From Erysipelotrichaceae bacterium MTC7 (GTDB lineage Bacteria > Bacillota_I > Bacilli_A > Erysipelotrichales > Erysipelotrichaceae): a DNA stretch of 32,000 nucleotides. A program made the translations under genes and the position numbers. This document shows positions 8,741 through 15,517 of this stretch, piece after piece. A model generated the notes under the pieces. The model worked only from the letters and a program-made list of their open reading frames with translations, was not told the origin of the DNA and ran no database searches. Position 1 is the stretch's first letter; the number at the start of each line of letters is the position of its first letter. The stretch spans positions 30,001-62,000 of the forward strand of contig LVZN01000078.1 of assembly GCA_001695645.1 (NCBI GenBank), in the 5' to 3' direction.

Positions 8741-10489
8741 ATGGCTCAATACATAGTAGGTACAACAGATGCTTACACAAAATTGATCGTTAACACGTCA
8801 GCAAGTATCACAGGTTCATATCCAAATCTAGGATTTAAAGTCAACTATTCATTTCAAATTAGACTGACTGCGCAAGGTAGTTGGTACTACAACAATTGTA
8901 CATTCAACTTTAATGGGAACAAACACAACATCAATTTGGGATTTGCATTCGGAAGTGGTGGAGGAACGACAGGTGTCCTAGCGAGTGGCTCTCAAACATA
9001 TGGATGGGGAGCAAGAACAACCAAGCATGAACCTGGTTTCCAATTCACTAGCGGTGGATTTAGTGGTAGTGGTAAATGTGTTGAACAATTAACAATACCA
9101 GGAACAGCCACATTAAGTGCGTACATGAATGGGACAACCCACAACAGTGCTACGATTAATTTAACGCGCGGAAACAACCCATACAACTATTGGTATGTAC
9201 GTATTTACAATACAACAGCATATCTGTACAAAAATGATGCACCAAATGGTAATAATGTCATCTCTGGCTTAAACGCTGGAACTGACTATACATTTAACGT
9301 TGAATTGTGGGGGCGTGATGGCGCACGAATGAATTCGTCTTACGTTCAACTGAAAACGCGAACAAGTGGCATTAGCTACTTAACAGGACACAATGCTGCG
9401 TATATTCGAGATAAAACGTTTAAGTTTACATTTACATCTTATGATGACTCATTTACGCATGCATGGAGCGTTCGTACTAAATCGAATATGAATAAGGTAT
9501 GGGCAAGTGGTAACGGAGTGAAAACAAGTGGTAAAGCTGGTTCTGTAACCGTGAACTTTACGACAGCACAAATGAATGAAATGTACGCGCTTATTCCAAG
9601 CGCGATGCAATTGGATTTAATAGTGTATTTAGATACTTACAGTGGAAGTACGTATATAGGTTCATCTACTGCTATGACTGTACCGTTTAAAATACATTCA
9701 ACATATGATGCACCGACATTGAGCGGATTTAGTTACAAAGATATGCATCCTAATTCGATTGTTAAAACAGAGAATAATCAATGGATAATACAAAACGTGT
9801 CGTATCTACAGATTTATTCAATGTTAGGAACAGCGAAGAACGGTGCGTCAATATCAAAGTATCAATTGAACGTATCTGATCAAGTTATTAGTGGAACAGG
9901 AACGTCACTCACTACAACTACAATCACAAAACAAACGCAAATGGTTCTGACAGTCATTGACAGCCGTGGGCTACAATCGCAATACACGAAAACGTATACT
10001 AAATGGATACCTTACAAACCACCAGTTGTAAGTTTGTTTAACATGCTACGAATTAACGTTGTTGAGGAGTCGACTTATTTAGTGACAAATGGAACGTTTG
10101 ACAGATTGAATATCAATGGAGTTGATAAGAATCCAAATCTTACGTTGAGATTTAGATACAAATTAACAACTGCTTCTACGTGGGGCGGTTGGGTACAACA
10201 GGCTATCACGATTAGTGGTAGTTCTTTTTCATACAACAACATAGTTGGACTATTCGATACAGATAAAAACTATGATGTGCAACTAGAAATTGGTGACTTC
10301 TTTGGTGCAACTTATGCGCTAACGCAGTTGCTCAAAGCACAGCCAGAGTTGTCGATAAGAGAAAACCAAGTAGGTATTGGTGCAGTGCCAAATGCATCCA
10401 TAAACGCAGCATTGCAAGTGAATGGAAACATTACACAAAACGGGCAAATGGTTATTGGTTATAGAATCATACGAACATGGGAGGATTAA
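8741..10489 (+). CDS. Tail fibre / minor structural protein with a fibronectin-III-like segment
   Basis: SD GGAGGAGGA upstream; 582 aa, S/T/N/G-rich and beta-rich. It has an FN3-like motif (ISGLNAGTDYTFNVELWG) and a C-terminal VGIGAVPNASINAALQVNGNI fibre-like motif. Possibly DUF859-like (tentative). Confidence 0.55.
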   Translation: MAQYIVGTTDAYTKLIVNTSASITGSYPNLGFKVNYSFQIRLTAQGSWYYNNCTFNFNGNKHNINLGFAFGSGGGTTGVLASGSQTYGWGARTTKHEPGFQFTSGGFSGSGKCVEQLTIPGTATLSAYMNGTTHNSATINLTRGNNPYNYWYVRIYNTTAYLYKNDAPNGNNVISGLNAGTDYTFNVELWGRDGARMNSSYVQLKTRTSGISYLTGHNAAYIRDKTFKFTFTSYDDSFTHAWSVRTKSNMNKVWASGNGVKTSGKAGSVTVNFTTAQMNEMYALIPSAMQLDLIVYLDTYSGSTYIGSSTAMTVPFKIHSTYDAPTLSGFSYKDMHPNSIVKTENNQWIIQNVSYLQIYSMLGTAKNGASISKYQLNVSDQVISGTGTSLTTTTITKQTQMVLTVIDSRGLQSQYTKTYTKWIPYKPPVVSLFNMLRINVVEESTYLVTNGTFDRLNINGVDKNPNLTLRFRYKLTTASTWGGWVQQAITISGSSFSYNNIVGLFDTDKNYDVQLEIGDFFGATYALTQLLKAQPELSIRENQVGIGAVPNASINAALQVNGNITQNGQMVIGYRIIRTWED

Positions 10490-10495
10490 AGATAT

Positions 10496-10538
10496 ATGAT
10501 AAATAGAATACTATCCTTATATATATATATATATAGTG
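10496..10538 (+). repeat. Copy A of a repeated element ATGATAAAT-N6-CTATCCTT(AT)nAGTG
   Basis: Matches 13626-13662 (ATGATAAAT-N8-CTATACTT(AT)nAGTG). The copies differ mainly in TA-tract length. Confidence 0.6.
10518..10535. repeat. (TA)9 dinucleotide microsatellite
   Basis: 18 nt of perfect TA repeats in the fibre-to-next-gene intergenic region. Confidence 0.95.
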
Positions 10539-10593
10539 CAAAAAAGGGGGTGTCGGCGTAGCTATGTAGTCGGCAACTCGACACGAGGTTTTT

Positions 10594-11031
10594 ATGGGTG
10601 TTAACCATTTGACGCAATTGGAGATAAATAGTGAAAATATATTTCCTGTTACGCAAGAGAAGTTCTACGAAAGATATTTAACACATTCAGATCTCCAACA
10701 ATATGTATATCAATCAAGAGCAACATTACAACAAGGTGGAATACTGATTAAAGATAACGTTGTTTACATTAATTTAAATCTATTAATGAATACGTCTTTA
10801 GAAAATCAATTAGTAATTGCACTACCACCAACTATTTTTGGAAAAGGATTAAAGACTTCTGGGACATCAATAACATGTAACGTTGCTGGTAATGATGGAT
10901 ATGCTTCTCTTAGTTCTGAAATCTGTAGATGTCAACTTCATTACGGAGATAACTTTTATCGGTTTGTATTACGAACAGCAAAAGTTGGGCAATATATAAG
11001 TCTTAATGCAGTTTTACTTTTAGATGATTGA
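10594..11031 (+). CDS. Small beta-rich phage protein, paralog 1 of 3 (putative receptor-binding / fibre-tip protein)
   Basis: GAGG 5 nt upstream. The N-terminal motif LTQLEINSENIFPV is shared with the next two ORFs. The VVYINLNL...ALPP segment aligns with VVTVVGN...TLPV of paralog 2. Confidence 0.5.
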   Translation: MGVNHLTQLEINSENIFPVTQEKFYERYLTHSDLQQYVYQSRATLQQGGILIKDNVVYINLNLLMNTSLENQLVIALPPTIFGKGLKTSGTSITCNVAGNDGYASLSSEICRCQLHYGDNFYRFVLRTAKVGQYISLNAVLLLDD

Positions 11032-11090
11032 TTTCAGTTGAATTGATAACAATGATGTAACAAACCTCAATACATAGCAAAGCCCAAATT

Positions 11091-11450
11091 ATGGGAATGG
11101 AAATACAGTTAGAGATAGGAAATGAAGATGTTTATCCGAAAATAATAACAGAGGATACTGGTTGGATTGAGTTAAGCGCAACTGTTAAATACAGAAAGTT
11201 AGGTAACGTAGTAACTGTTGTGGGGAACAGTAGTGGAAACACGTATATTCCTAAAGGCAGTTTTAAAACAATGGCAACTTTACCAGTTGATGCTAGACCT
11301 CCAATAGAACTACCATTTGCGTTTAATACCAAGGGCAATCCTACCGCTTCGGAGCAGTCGGCAAATATAAAAACAACGGGAAACGTTGAGTTATATTTGA
11401 CACATATGACAACAAATTATTGGGGGTTCACAGTTACATACACGGTGTAA
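11091..11450 (+). CDS. Small beta-rich phage protein, paralog 2 of 3 (putative receptor-binding / fibre-tip protein)
   Basis: Motifs EIQLEIGNEDVYPK, DTGWIEL, YRKLGNVVTVVG, LPVDARP. No clear SD; ATG 11097 is an alternative start. Confidence 0.5.
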   Translation: MGMEIQLEIGNEDVYPKIITEDTGWIELSATVKYRKLGNVVTVVGNSSGNTYIPKGSFKTMATLPVDARPPIELPFAFNTKGNPTASEQSANIKTTGNVELYLTHMTTNYWGFTVTYTV

Positions 11451-11480
11451 CATTTCATTTTCTTTAGAAAGAGGAATGTT

Positions 11481-11858
11481 ATGTCAATAAAACAAGTAGT
11501 ACAACTAACAGCAGATGATAAAGACATTTATCCTGTATTGAGTGATACAGGGTGGATAGATTTACCGTTGCAAAACGGTGCAGTAAATCAAGGGACATGG
11601 GAAACTGCTCAGTATAGAAAGATTGGGATGATAGTATATGTAAAAGGGTTAGTTACATGTGTTCCAGACAAAGTTATTGCAATACTCCCTGTAGGTTTTA
11701 GACCGAAGACAAGATTTACTATTGCTAGTGTAGGTTACAACGCATCATCTGCACAATTTGTAAAACTAAACGTTGATAGTAGTGGAACAATAGATTTCAC
11801 CGCCACGAGTGGAACGTATGCACGTTCAATCAAATGCAGTTTTCCTGCAGAACAATAA
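11481..11858 (+). CDS. Small beta-rich phage protein, paralog 3 of 3 (putative receptor-binding / fibre-tip protein)
   Basis: SD AAGAGGAA upstream. Motifs VVQLTADDKDIYPV, DTGWIDL, YRKIGMIVYVKG, LPVGFRP. Confidence 0.55.
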   Translation: MSIKQVVQLTADDKDIYPVLSDTGWIDLPLQNGAVNQGTWETAQYRKIGMIVYVKGLVTCVPDKVIAILPVGFRPKTRFTIASVGYNASSAQFVKLNVDSSGTIDFTATSGTYARSIKCSFPAEQ

Positions 11859-11867
11859 GGAGGTAAA

Positions 11868-12134
11868 ATGAGCGACTTAGAAAAACTCGAACAATACAAA
11901 TCAAGTCTTGAAGATGATTTGAAAAACTATGATTATTCAAAAGAAGATAAAGCAGTGATTGAAGCTGAACAAGTATACAACGCTGCGAAACTAGAAAGAG
12001 AACATAAAAAAGTTCCACACGATGCAATCAAAAAAGAAATTGTACGTGTGGATCAATTAATAGTAGATGTGAAAAACATCATTTCACTAGAGAGTGAGGA
12101 AGGGAACAATGAAGAAAATGCAGACAGTATTTGA
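11868..12134 (+). CDS. Phage hypothetical acidic coiled-coil protein (88 aa)
   Basis: Strong SD AAGGAGG 5 nt upstream. No transmembrane segment. Its 3' end overlaps the holin start by 26 nt. Confidence 0.55.
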   Translation: MSDLEKLEQYKSSLEDDLKNYDYSKEDKAVIEAEQVYNAAKLEREHKKVPHDAIKKEIVRVDQLIVDVKNIISLESEEGNNEENADSI

Positions 12135-12561
12135 TTCGGTAGTTGCAGTTGCAGCTACTTTTTTTACGTATTTATTTGGGGGAGCTGATGTTGCAGTGAT
12201 TACACTTTGTGCATTTATGGTCCTTGATTATGTTACAGGGGTAATCGTTGGATTTACTAACGATAAGTTATCCAGCGCGGTTGGCTTCAAAGGACTAGCG
12301 AAGAAAATGCTTATCATCCTTATATTAATAGGAGCGGTTCAATTAGATAGATTGCAAGGAACAGGACAATGGATTTTTCGGACATTAGTATGTTATTTCT
12401 ACATCGCAAATGAAGGTATATCGTTAATTGAAAATGCTGGAAATTTAGGTTTACCTATTCCAGGTAAGTTAAAAAAAGCTCTTGAGCAATTAAAAGATAA
12501 AGCAGAAGAAGTTGAAGAAGAAATTGAAGCAGTAGAAACAGAAGAAAGTGAAGAGGTGTAA
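12109..12561 (+). CDS. Holin (phage_holin_4 / TcdE-like 'toxin secretion/phage lysis holin' family)
   Basis: Three hydrophobic helices plus a charged acidic C-terminus. The motifs VLDYVTGV...GF.NDKLSS..GFKGLAKK and YIANEGISLIENAG are characteristic of this holin family. It sits immediately upstream of the endolysin. ATG 12109 follows GAGGAAGGG; a second ATG lies at 12118. Confidence 0.85.
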   Translation: MKKMQTVFDSVVAVAATFFTYLFGGADVAVITLCAFMVLDYVTGVIVGFTNDKLSSAVGFKGLAKKMLIILILIGAVQLDRLQGTGQWIFRTLVCYFYIANEGISLIENAGNLGLPIPGKLKKALEQLKDKAEEVEEEIEAVETEESEEV

Positions 12562-12565
12562 TAAA

Positions 12566-13456
12566 ATGAAAAGTAATATTGGATTAGCAGCGTTTGCTAG
12601 AAAAAAAGCAGCACAACCGAATACGATTTACGTATTAGGGTCGTTTGGTCAAGTGCTAACGAGCTCATTTCTTGAGCAAAAGTGTAAACAATTACCATGG
12701 AATCAACAAAACCGTGGATTCCTATCTAAATATGTGGATCAAGGAATTCAAGCGTATGATTGTTGTGGATTGATCAAAGCCTACTTATGGGATGATAAAC
12801 CATCAAATTACAAAGCGTCTGAAGATGAAAACGAAGCTATGATGTATGATCGTGCAAAGGTTAAAGGTTCTATTCACACATTACCTGAACGTGAAGGAAT
12901 GCTTGTGTTTATGCCTGGACATGTTGGAGTTTATATTGGTAATGGTGAAGTAGTTGAATGTACACCTAATATGGCCTTAGGTGGTTGGGGAGTTTTAAAA
13001 ACTAAACTAGCTGGGCGAGGTTGGACACATTGGGCAGCTTACGCACGTATTGCTAATGAAGTTACTGATGCACCTAGTTCTTCTCCTGCAGAAGTTGAAA
13101 CCAAACCTGATCAAGTTTTAGTAGCAGGAAGTTCGTTGGTGTCTATTCCAGGAGTATTTAGAGCTGACTATTCTAGTGCTAGTCGCGATGCAGTATCTAA
13201 TAACATTTTAGCCAATGGATATCCAAGTAATGAAAATTGGATCCCTGGCTTTGAATGTACCGAAACAGATGCAAATGGAAATGTGTCCGGAGATCAAAAT
13301 ATACACTTGGGTGAGTTCTTTAAAGTTAACGGAACTTACAAGGTGAAAAAACTACACTTACCAACGGAAGCGGCTCTAATTACTATGAGAACGAACGCAG
13401 GTAAAAATGTTGATGTTTGGTTGCGTTATGGGCCAATGTACGAAGTAAAAGACTAA
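12566..13456 (+). CDS. Endolysin: N-terminal NlpC/P60-like cysteine peptidase plus an unassigned C-terminal (putative cell-wall-binding) domain
   Basis: The Cys motif AYDCCGLIKAYLW and His motif MPGHVGVYIGNGEVVECT fit the papain-like NlpC/P60 fold. It is the last phage gene after the holin. ATG 12566 follows GAAGAGGTG. Confidence 0.75.
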   Translation: MKSNIGLAAFARKKAAQPNTIYVLGSFGQVLTSSFLEQKCKQLPWNQQNRGFLSKYVDQGIQAYDCCGLIKAYLWDDKPSNYKASEDENEAMMYDRAKVKGSIHTLPEREGMLVFMPGHVGVYIGNGEVVECTPNMALGGWGVLKTKLAGRGWTHWAAYARIANEVTDAPSSSPAEVETKPDQVLVAGSSLVSIPGVFRADYSSASRDAVSNNILANGYPSNENWIPGFECTETDANGNVSGDQNIHLGEFFKVNGTYKVKKLHLPTEAALITMRTNAGKNVDVWLRYGPMYEVKD

Positions 13457-13465
13457 TAAAGAAAA

Positions 13466-13500
13466 TCCTACTCTCTTAATTGGGAGTAGGAACTTTTTTT
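13466..13500 (+). terminator. Rho-independent terminator of the lysis operon
   Basis: TCCTACTC (13466-13473) pairs with GAGTAGGA (13484-13491), followed by a T7 run (13494-13500). Confidence 0.8.
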
Positions 13501-13547
13501 AGGATTATTACTTATTATTGCATCTATATATATAAGGAGGTGTCCAT

Positions 13548-13637
13548 ATGATTAAGCAAACAGGAAACCATGATTTTGATTTTTGGTGTAGTGTAGCAGC
13601 TTTTTATATGTATGTTCGCAACGCGATGATAAATTGA
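13548..13637 (+). CDS. Candidate 29-aa small ORF (MIKQTGNHDFDFWCSVAAFYMYVRNAMIN)
   Basis: A perfect SD AAGGAGG (13534-13540) lies 7 nt upstream of the ATG. The ORF lies between the lysis terminator and the prophage end. It is too short for compositional support. Confidence 0.3.
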   Translation: MIKQTGNHDFDFWCSVAAFYMYVRNAMIN

Positions 13638-13662
13638 TTTTTCTATACTTATATATATAGTG
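13626..13662 (+). repeat. Copy B of the repeated element ATGATAAAT-N8-CTATACTT(AT)nAGTG
   Basis: See copy A at 10496-10538. Here TTGATT (13634-13639), a 16-nt spacer and TATAGT (13656-13661) also form a promoter-like arrangement. Confidence 0.55.
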
Positions 13663-13680
13663 TGATTAATTTGAAATGGC

Positions 13681-13702
13681 TTTGACACCATTTTGACACC
13701 AT
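13681..13702. repeat. Perfect tandem duplication 2 x TTTGACACCAT
   Basis: Read directly: 13681-13691 and 13692-13702 are identical. Confidence 0.95.
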
Positions 13703-13707
13703 TTACC

Positions 13708-13737
13708 TGATAAAACATGATAAAACGTGATAAAACA
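13708..13737. repeat. Three tandem 10-mers TGATAAAAC(A/G); candidate recombinase arm-type or regulator binding sites
   Basis: Read directly: 13708-13717, 13718-13727 and 13728-13737. Helical-turn spacing, 70-100 bp from the tRNA-Phe 3' end. Confidence 0.9.
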
Positions 13738-13751
13738 ATTAGTTTTTCATG

Positions 13752-13796
13752 TATAAAAAAAGAGTGCCTAAACCTTTAAATAAAGGCTTAAACACT
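13752..13796 (-). terminator. Rho-independent terminator of the tRNA operon (minus strand)
   Basis: On the minus strand, AGUGUUUAAGCCUUUA pairs with UAAAGGUUUAGGCACU (about 15 bp including G.U pairs that become C-A mismatches on the plus strand), followed by CUUUUUUUAU. It starts 11 nt after the tRNA-Phe CCA end. Confidence 0.8.
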
Positions 13797-13807
13797 AACT
13801 TTCCAAA

Positions 13808-13883
13808 TGGTGGTCCCGGTCGGAATCGAACCAACGACACAAGGATTTTCAGTCCTTTGCTCTACCGACTGAGCTACGGGACC
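13808..13883 (-). tRNA. tRNA-Phe (GAA), CCA encoded
   Basis: Manual cloverleaf: acceptor GGTCCCG/CGGGACC, anticodon arm AAGGA-CTGAAAA-TCCTT, T-loop TTCGATT. Confidence 0.95.
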
Positions 13884-13886
13884 ATT

Positions 13887-13963
<77 letters not shown>

Positions 13964-13990
13964 ATGAATGATAATAAAACTTAATAAGAA

Positions 13991-14081
13991 TGGCGGAGGA
14001 ACTGGGATTCGAACCCAGGCGCCAGTTTCCCGACCTACCGGTTTTCAAGACCGGACCCTTCAGCCACTTGGGTATTCCTCC
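13991..14081 (-). tRNA. tRNA-Ser (TGA), long variable arm, CCA encoded
   Basis: 91 nt; anticodon arm CCGGT-CTTGAAA-ACCGG; class II variable arm. Confidence 0.95.
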
Positions 14082-14105
14082 ATAATGTCTTAAGTTTTAT
14101 ATTTT

Positions 14106-14182
14106 TGGTGGACCCTACAGGACTCGAACCTGTGACCCACCGGTTATGAGCCGGATGCTCTAACCAACTGAGCTAAGGGTCC
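14106..14182 (-). tRNA. tRNA with CAT anticodon, probably tRNA-Ile2 (lysidine-modified)
   Basis: GGACCCTTAGCTCAGTTGGTTAGAGC...GGCTCATAACC...ACCA resembles Ile2(CAU) rather than elongator Met. Its place in the array matches the Met-Ile-Ser-fMet order recalled for the B. subtilis trnB cluster. Confidence 0.7.
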
Positions 14183-14205
14183 AGCATATAACTACAAATA
14201 ATAAA

Positions 14206-14282
14206 TGGTGGCTGAAGTGAGACTCGAACTCACGACCTTCCGGGTATGAACCGGATGCTCTAGCCAACTAAGCTACCCAGCC
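14206..14282 (-). tRNA. Elongator tRNA-Met (CAT), CCA encoded
   Basis: The anticodon arm CCGGT-TCATACC-CGG context (GGTTCATACCC) is typical of elongator Met. Two G.U pairs lie at the base of the acceptor stem. Confidence 0.8.
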
Positions 14283-14291
14283 ATTTATAAA

Positions 14292-14368
14292 TGGTCGGGA
14301 AGACAGGATTCGAACCTGCGACCCCCTGGTCCCAAACCAGGTGCACTACCAAGCTGTGCTACTTCCCG
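14292..14368 (-). tRNA. tRNA-Pro (TGG), CCA encoded
   Basis: Acceptor CGGGAAG/CTTCCCG; anticodon arm CCTGG-TTTGGGA-CCAGG. Confidence 0.95.
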
Positions 14369-14376
14369 ATAATGAA

Positions 14377-14453
<77 letters not shown>

Positions 14454-14485
14454 ATGTTTATCGCTTGCTTTCGCAATGCTTACTA

Positions 14486-14514
14486 ATAATACCAAATATC
14501 ATATTGCATTTCAA
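14486..14514 (-). promoter_or_regulatory. Candidate sigma-A promoter of the tRNA operon
   Basis: Minus strand TTGAAA - 17 nt - TATTAT, about 30 nt upstream of the tRNA-Arg 5' end. Confidence 0.4.
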
Positions 14515-14597
14515 GTACTTTTCGCAAATTTCTCTGGGTTTTTTTATTTGCCTTTTTTAGGTGGTTAGATTACACTACAAATAAGGAGAATATACCC

Positions 14598-15515
14598 ATG
14601 AAACATGTCTTTATCATAAACCCTGAAGCGGGAAAAGAAAAGAGTAAATCACAACTAGAGAAACAAATTCGTGAAGTTTTTAAAGATACTGAATTCACGA
14701 TTATCTATACACGCTATCCAGGACATGCCACAGAAATTGCCATGGTACATGCTGCCAGCGGCGATGAAATGATTATCTATGCTTGTGGTGGTGATGGTAC
14801 CATTAACGAAGTCGTAAACGGTATGTATAAATATAAAAATGCAAAGTTAGCACTAGTGCCAATTGGTACAGGTAATGACTTTATTAAATTCTTTAAGAAA
14901 ACTACCAAAGAAGATTTCTTGAATTTGGAAGCTTATCATGAGGGAATAGATTTACCTTGTGATTTATTATATGCCAACAACAGGGTATGTTTAAATATCG
15001 CATCGGTTGGTTTTGATGCACGTGTGGTCCAAAAGGTTGCACGATTCAAACGCTTACCATTCGTGAATGGTGGTTTTGCATATATTATGAGTGTATTTAA
15101 TAGTTTTCTAGCATCTATGAAATTTCATCAAGCATTAAAAATTGATGATACCTATATCGATTATAAAAACTATATCTTTGTTGTTGCTGCCAATGGTAGC
15201 TATTATGGTGGTGGTTTTCATCCAACACCCGATGCAAAAATCAATGATGGTTACATTGATGTGATTACCATAGATGCATTGAGTCGCTTTAAAGTAATGT
15301 CATTGATTCGTAAATATAAAGCAGGTGAACACCTATCATTTGATTTTGTGAAACAATATCGATGTAAAAAAATACAGATTTTTGGGAAAAAGGAAGTGGT
15401 TTTAAACATGGATGGTGAAACGACAGTTGAAAAAGATCCGGTAATTGAAATCTTGGAAAAACAAATTACTTTGTATTTGCCAAAACAAAGTCACGATATA
15501 GATAAAACGATATAG
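14598..15515 (+). CDS. Diacylglycerol/lipid kinase family protein (DagK/YegS/BmrU type)
   Basis: SD AAGGAGAA upstream. N-terminal NPxAG motif (IINPEAGKEK), the catalytic motif ACGGDGTINEVVNG, and PIGTGNDF. Confidence 0.85.
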   Translation: MKHVFIINPEAGKEKSKSQLEKQIREVFKDTEFTIIYTRYPGHATEIAMVHAASGDEMIIYACGGDGTINEVVNGMYKYKNAKLALVPIGTGNDFIKFFKKTTKEDFLNLEAYHEGIDLPCDLLYANNRVCLNIASVGFDARVVQKVARFKRLPFVNGGFAYIMSVFNSFLASMKFHQALKIDDTYIDYKNYIFVVAANGSYYGGGFHPTPDAKINDGYIDVITIDALSRFKVMSLIRKYKAGEHLSFDFVKQYRCKKIQIFGKKEVVLNMDGETTVEKDPVIEILEKQITLYLPKQSHDIDKTI

Positions 15516-15517
15516 TA

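Larger units (their letters stand above)
1..13740 (+). mobile_element. Right arm of an integrated siphovirus-type prophage (head-tail joining, tail, host-recognition, lysis modules). The left end is outside the window and the right boundary is approximate.
   Basis: Unbroken same-strand, tightly packed or overlapping gene order: capsid end > connector genes > major tail > G/GT chaperone > tape measure > tail tip > fibre > holin > endolysin. It is followed by a terminator and a repeat-bearing AT-rich region that abuts a host tRNA operon. Confidence 0.85.

Noticed and set aside
2824-8749. Numerous 60-112-aa minus-strand ORFs inside tail genes (e.g. 2824-3162, 5477-5809, 8110-8421, 8462-8749)
   Set aside because: All are antisense to long, well-supported phage structural genes and lack ribosome-binding sites. 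They are typical shadow ORFs of AT-rich DNA.
10496-10561. 21-codon ORF (MINRILSLYIYIYSAKKGVSA) reading through the (TA)9 tract, and possible TA-slippage fusion to the next gene
   Set aside because: I checked the frames. Losing one TA unit leads into TAG at 10567-10569, and the native frame stops at 10559-10561. No repeat-length change fuses it to ORF 10594. It is too short and too low in complexity to call.
8741-12134. Diversity-generating retroelement or invertible (Gin/Cin-type) tail-fibre switching
   Set aside because: The window contains no reverse transcriptase and no template/variable repeat pair with A-specific differences. It also lacks an invertase and any inverted crossover sites. 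The three paralogs are all on the same strand and are diverged throughout.
13524-13718. 64-aa minus-strand ORF at the prophage end
   Set aside because: It has no SD, is extremely AT-biased, and spans the tandem repeats and the opposite-strand mini-ORF. It is more likely non-coding att-arm DNA.
13681-13737. Tandem 10-11-mers considered as a CRISPR array or replication iterons
   Set aside because: The repeats are contiguous with no spacers, only 2-3 copies are present, and no cas or rep genes are nearby. Recombinase arm-type or regulator sites are the more economical reading.
10490-13740. Prophage-encoded defence or anti-defence system at the fibre-lysis or lysis-att hotspots
   Set aside because: Every ORF of 60 aa or more there is accounted for as structural-like, holin or lysin. 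I saw no nuclease, ATPase, TIR, SIR2, RT, methylase or toxin-antitoxin signatures. Only the unsupported 29-aa ORF remains.
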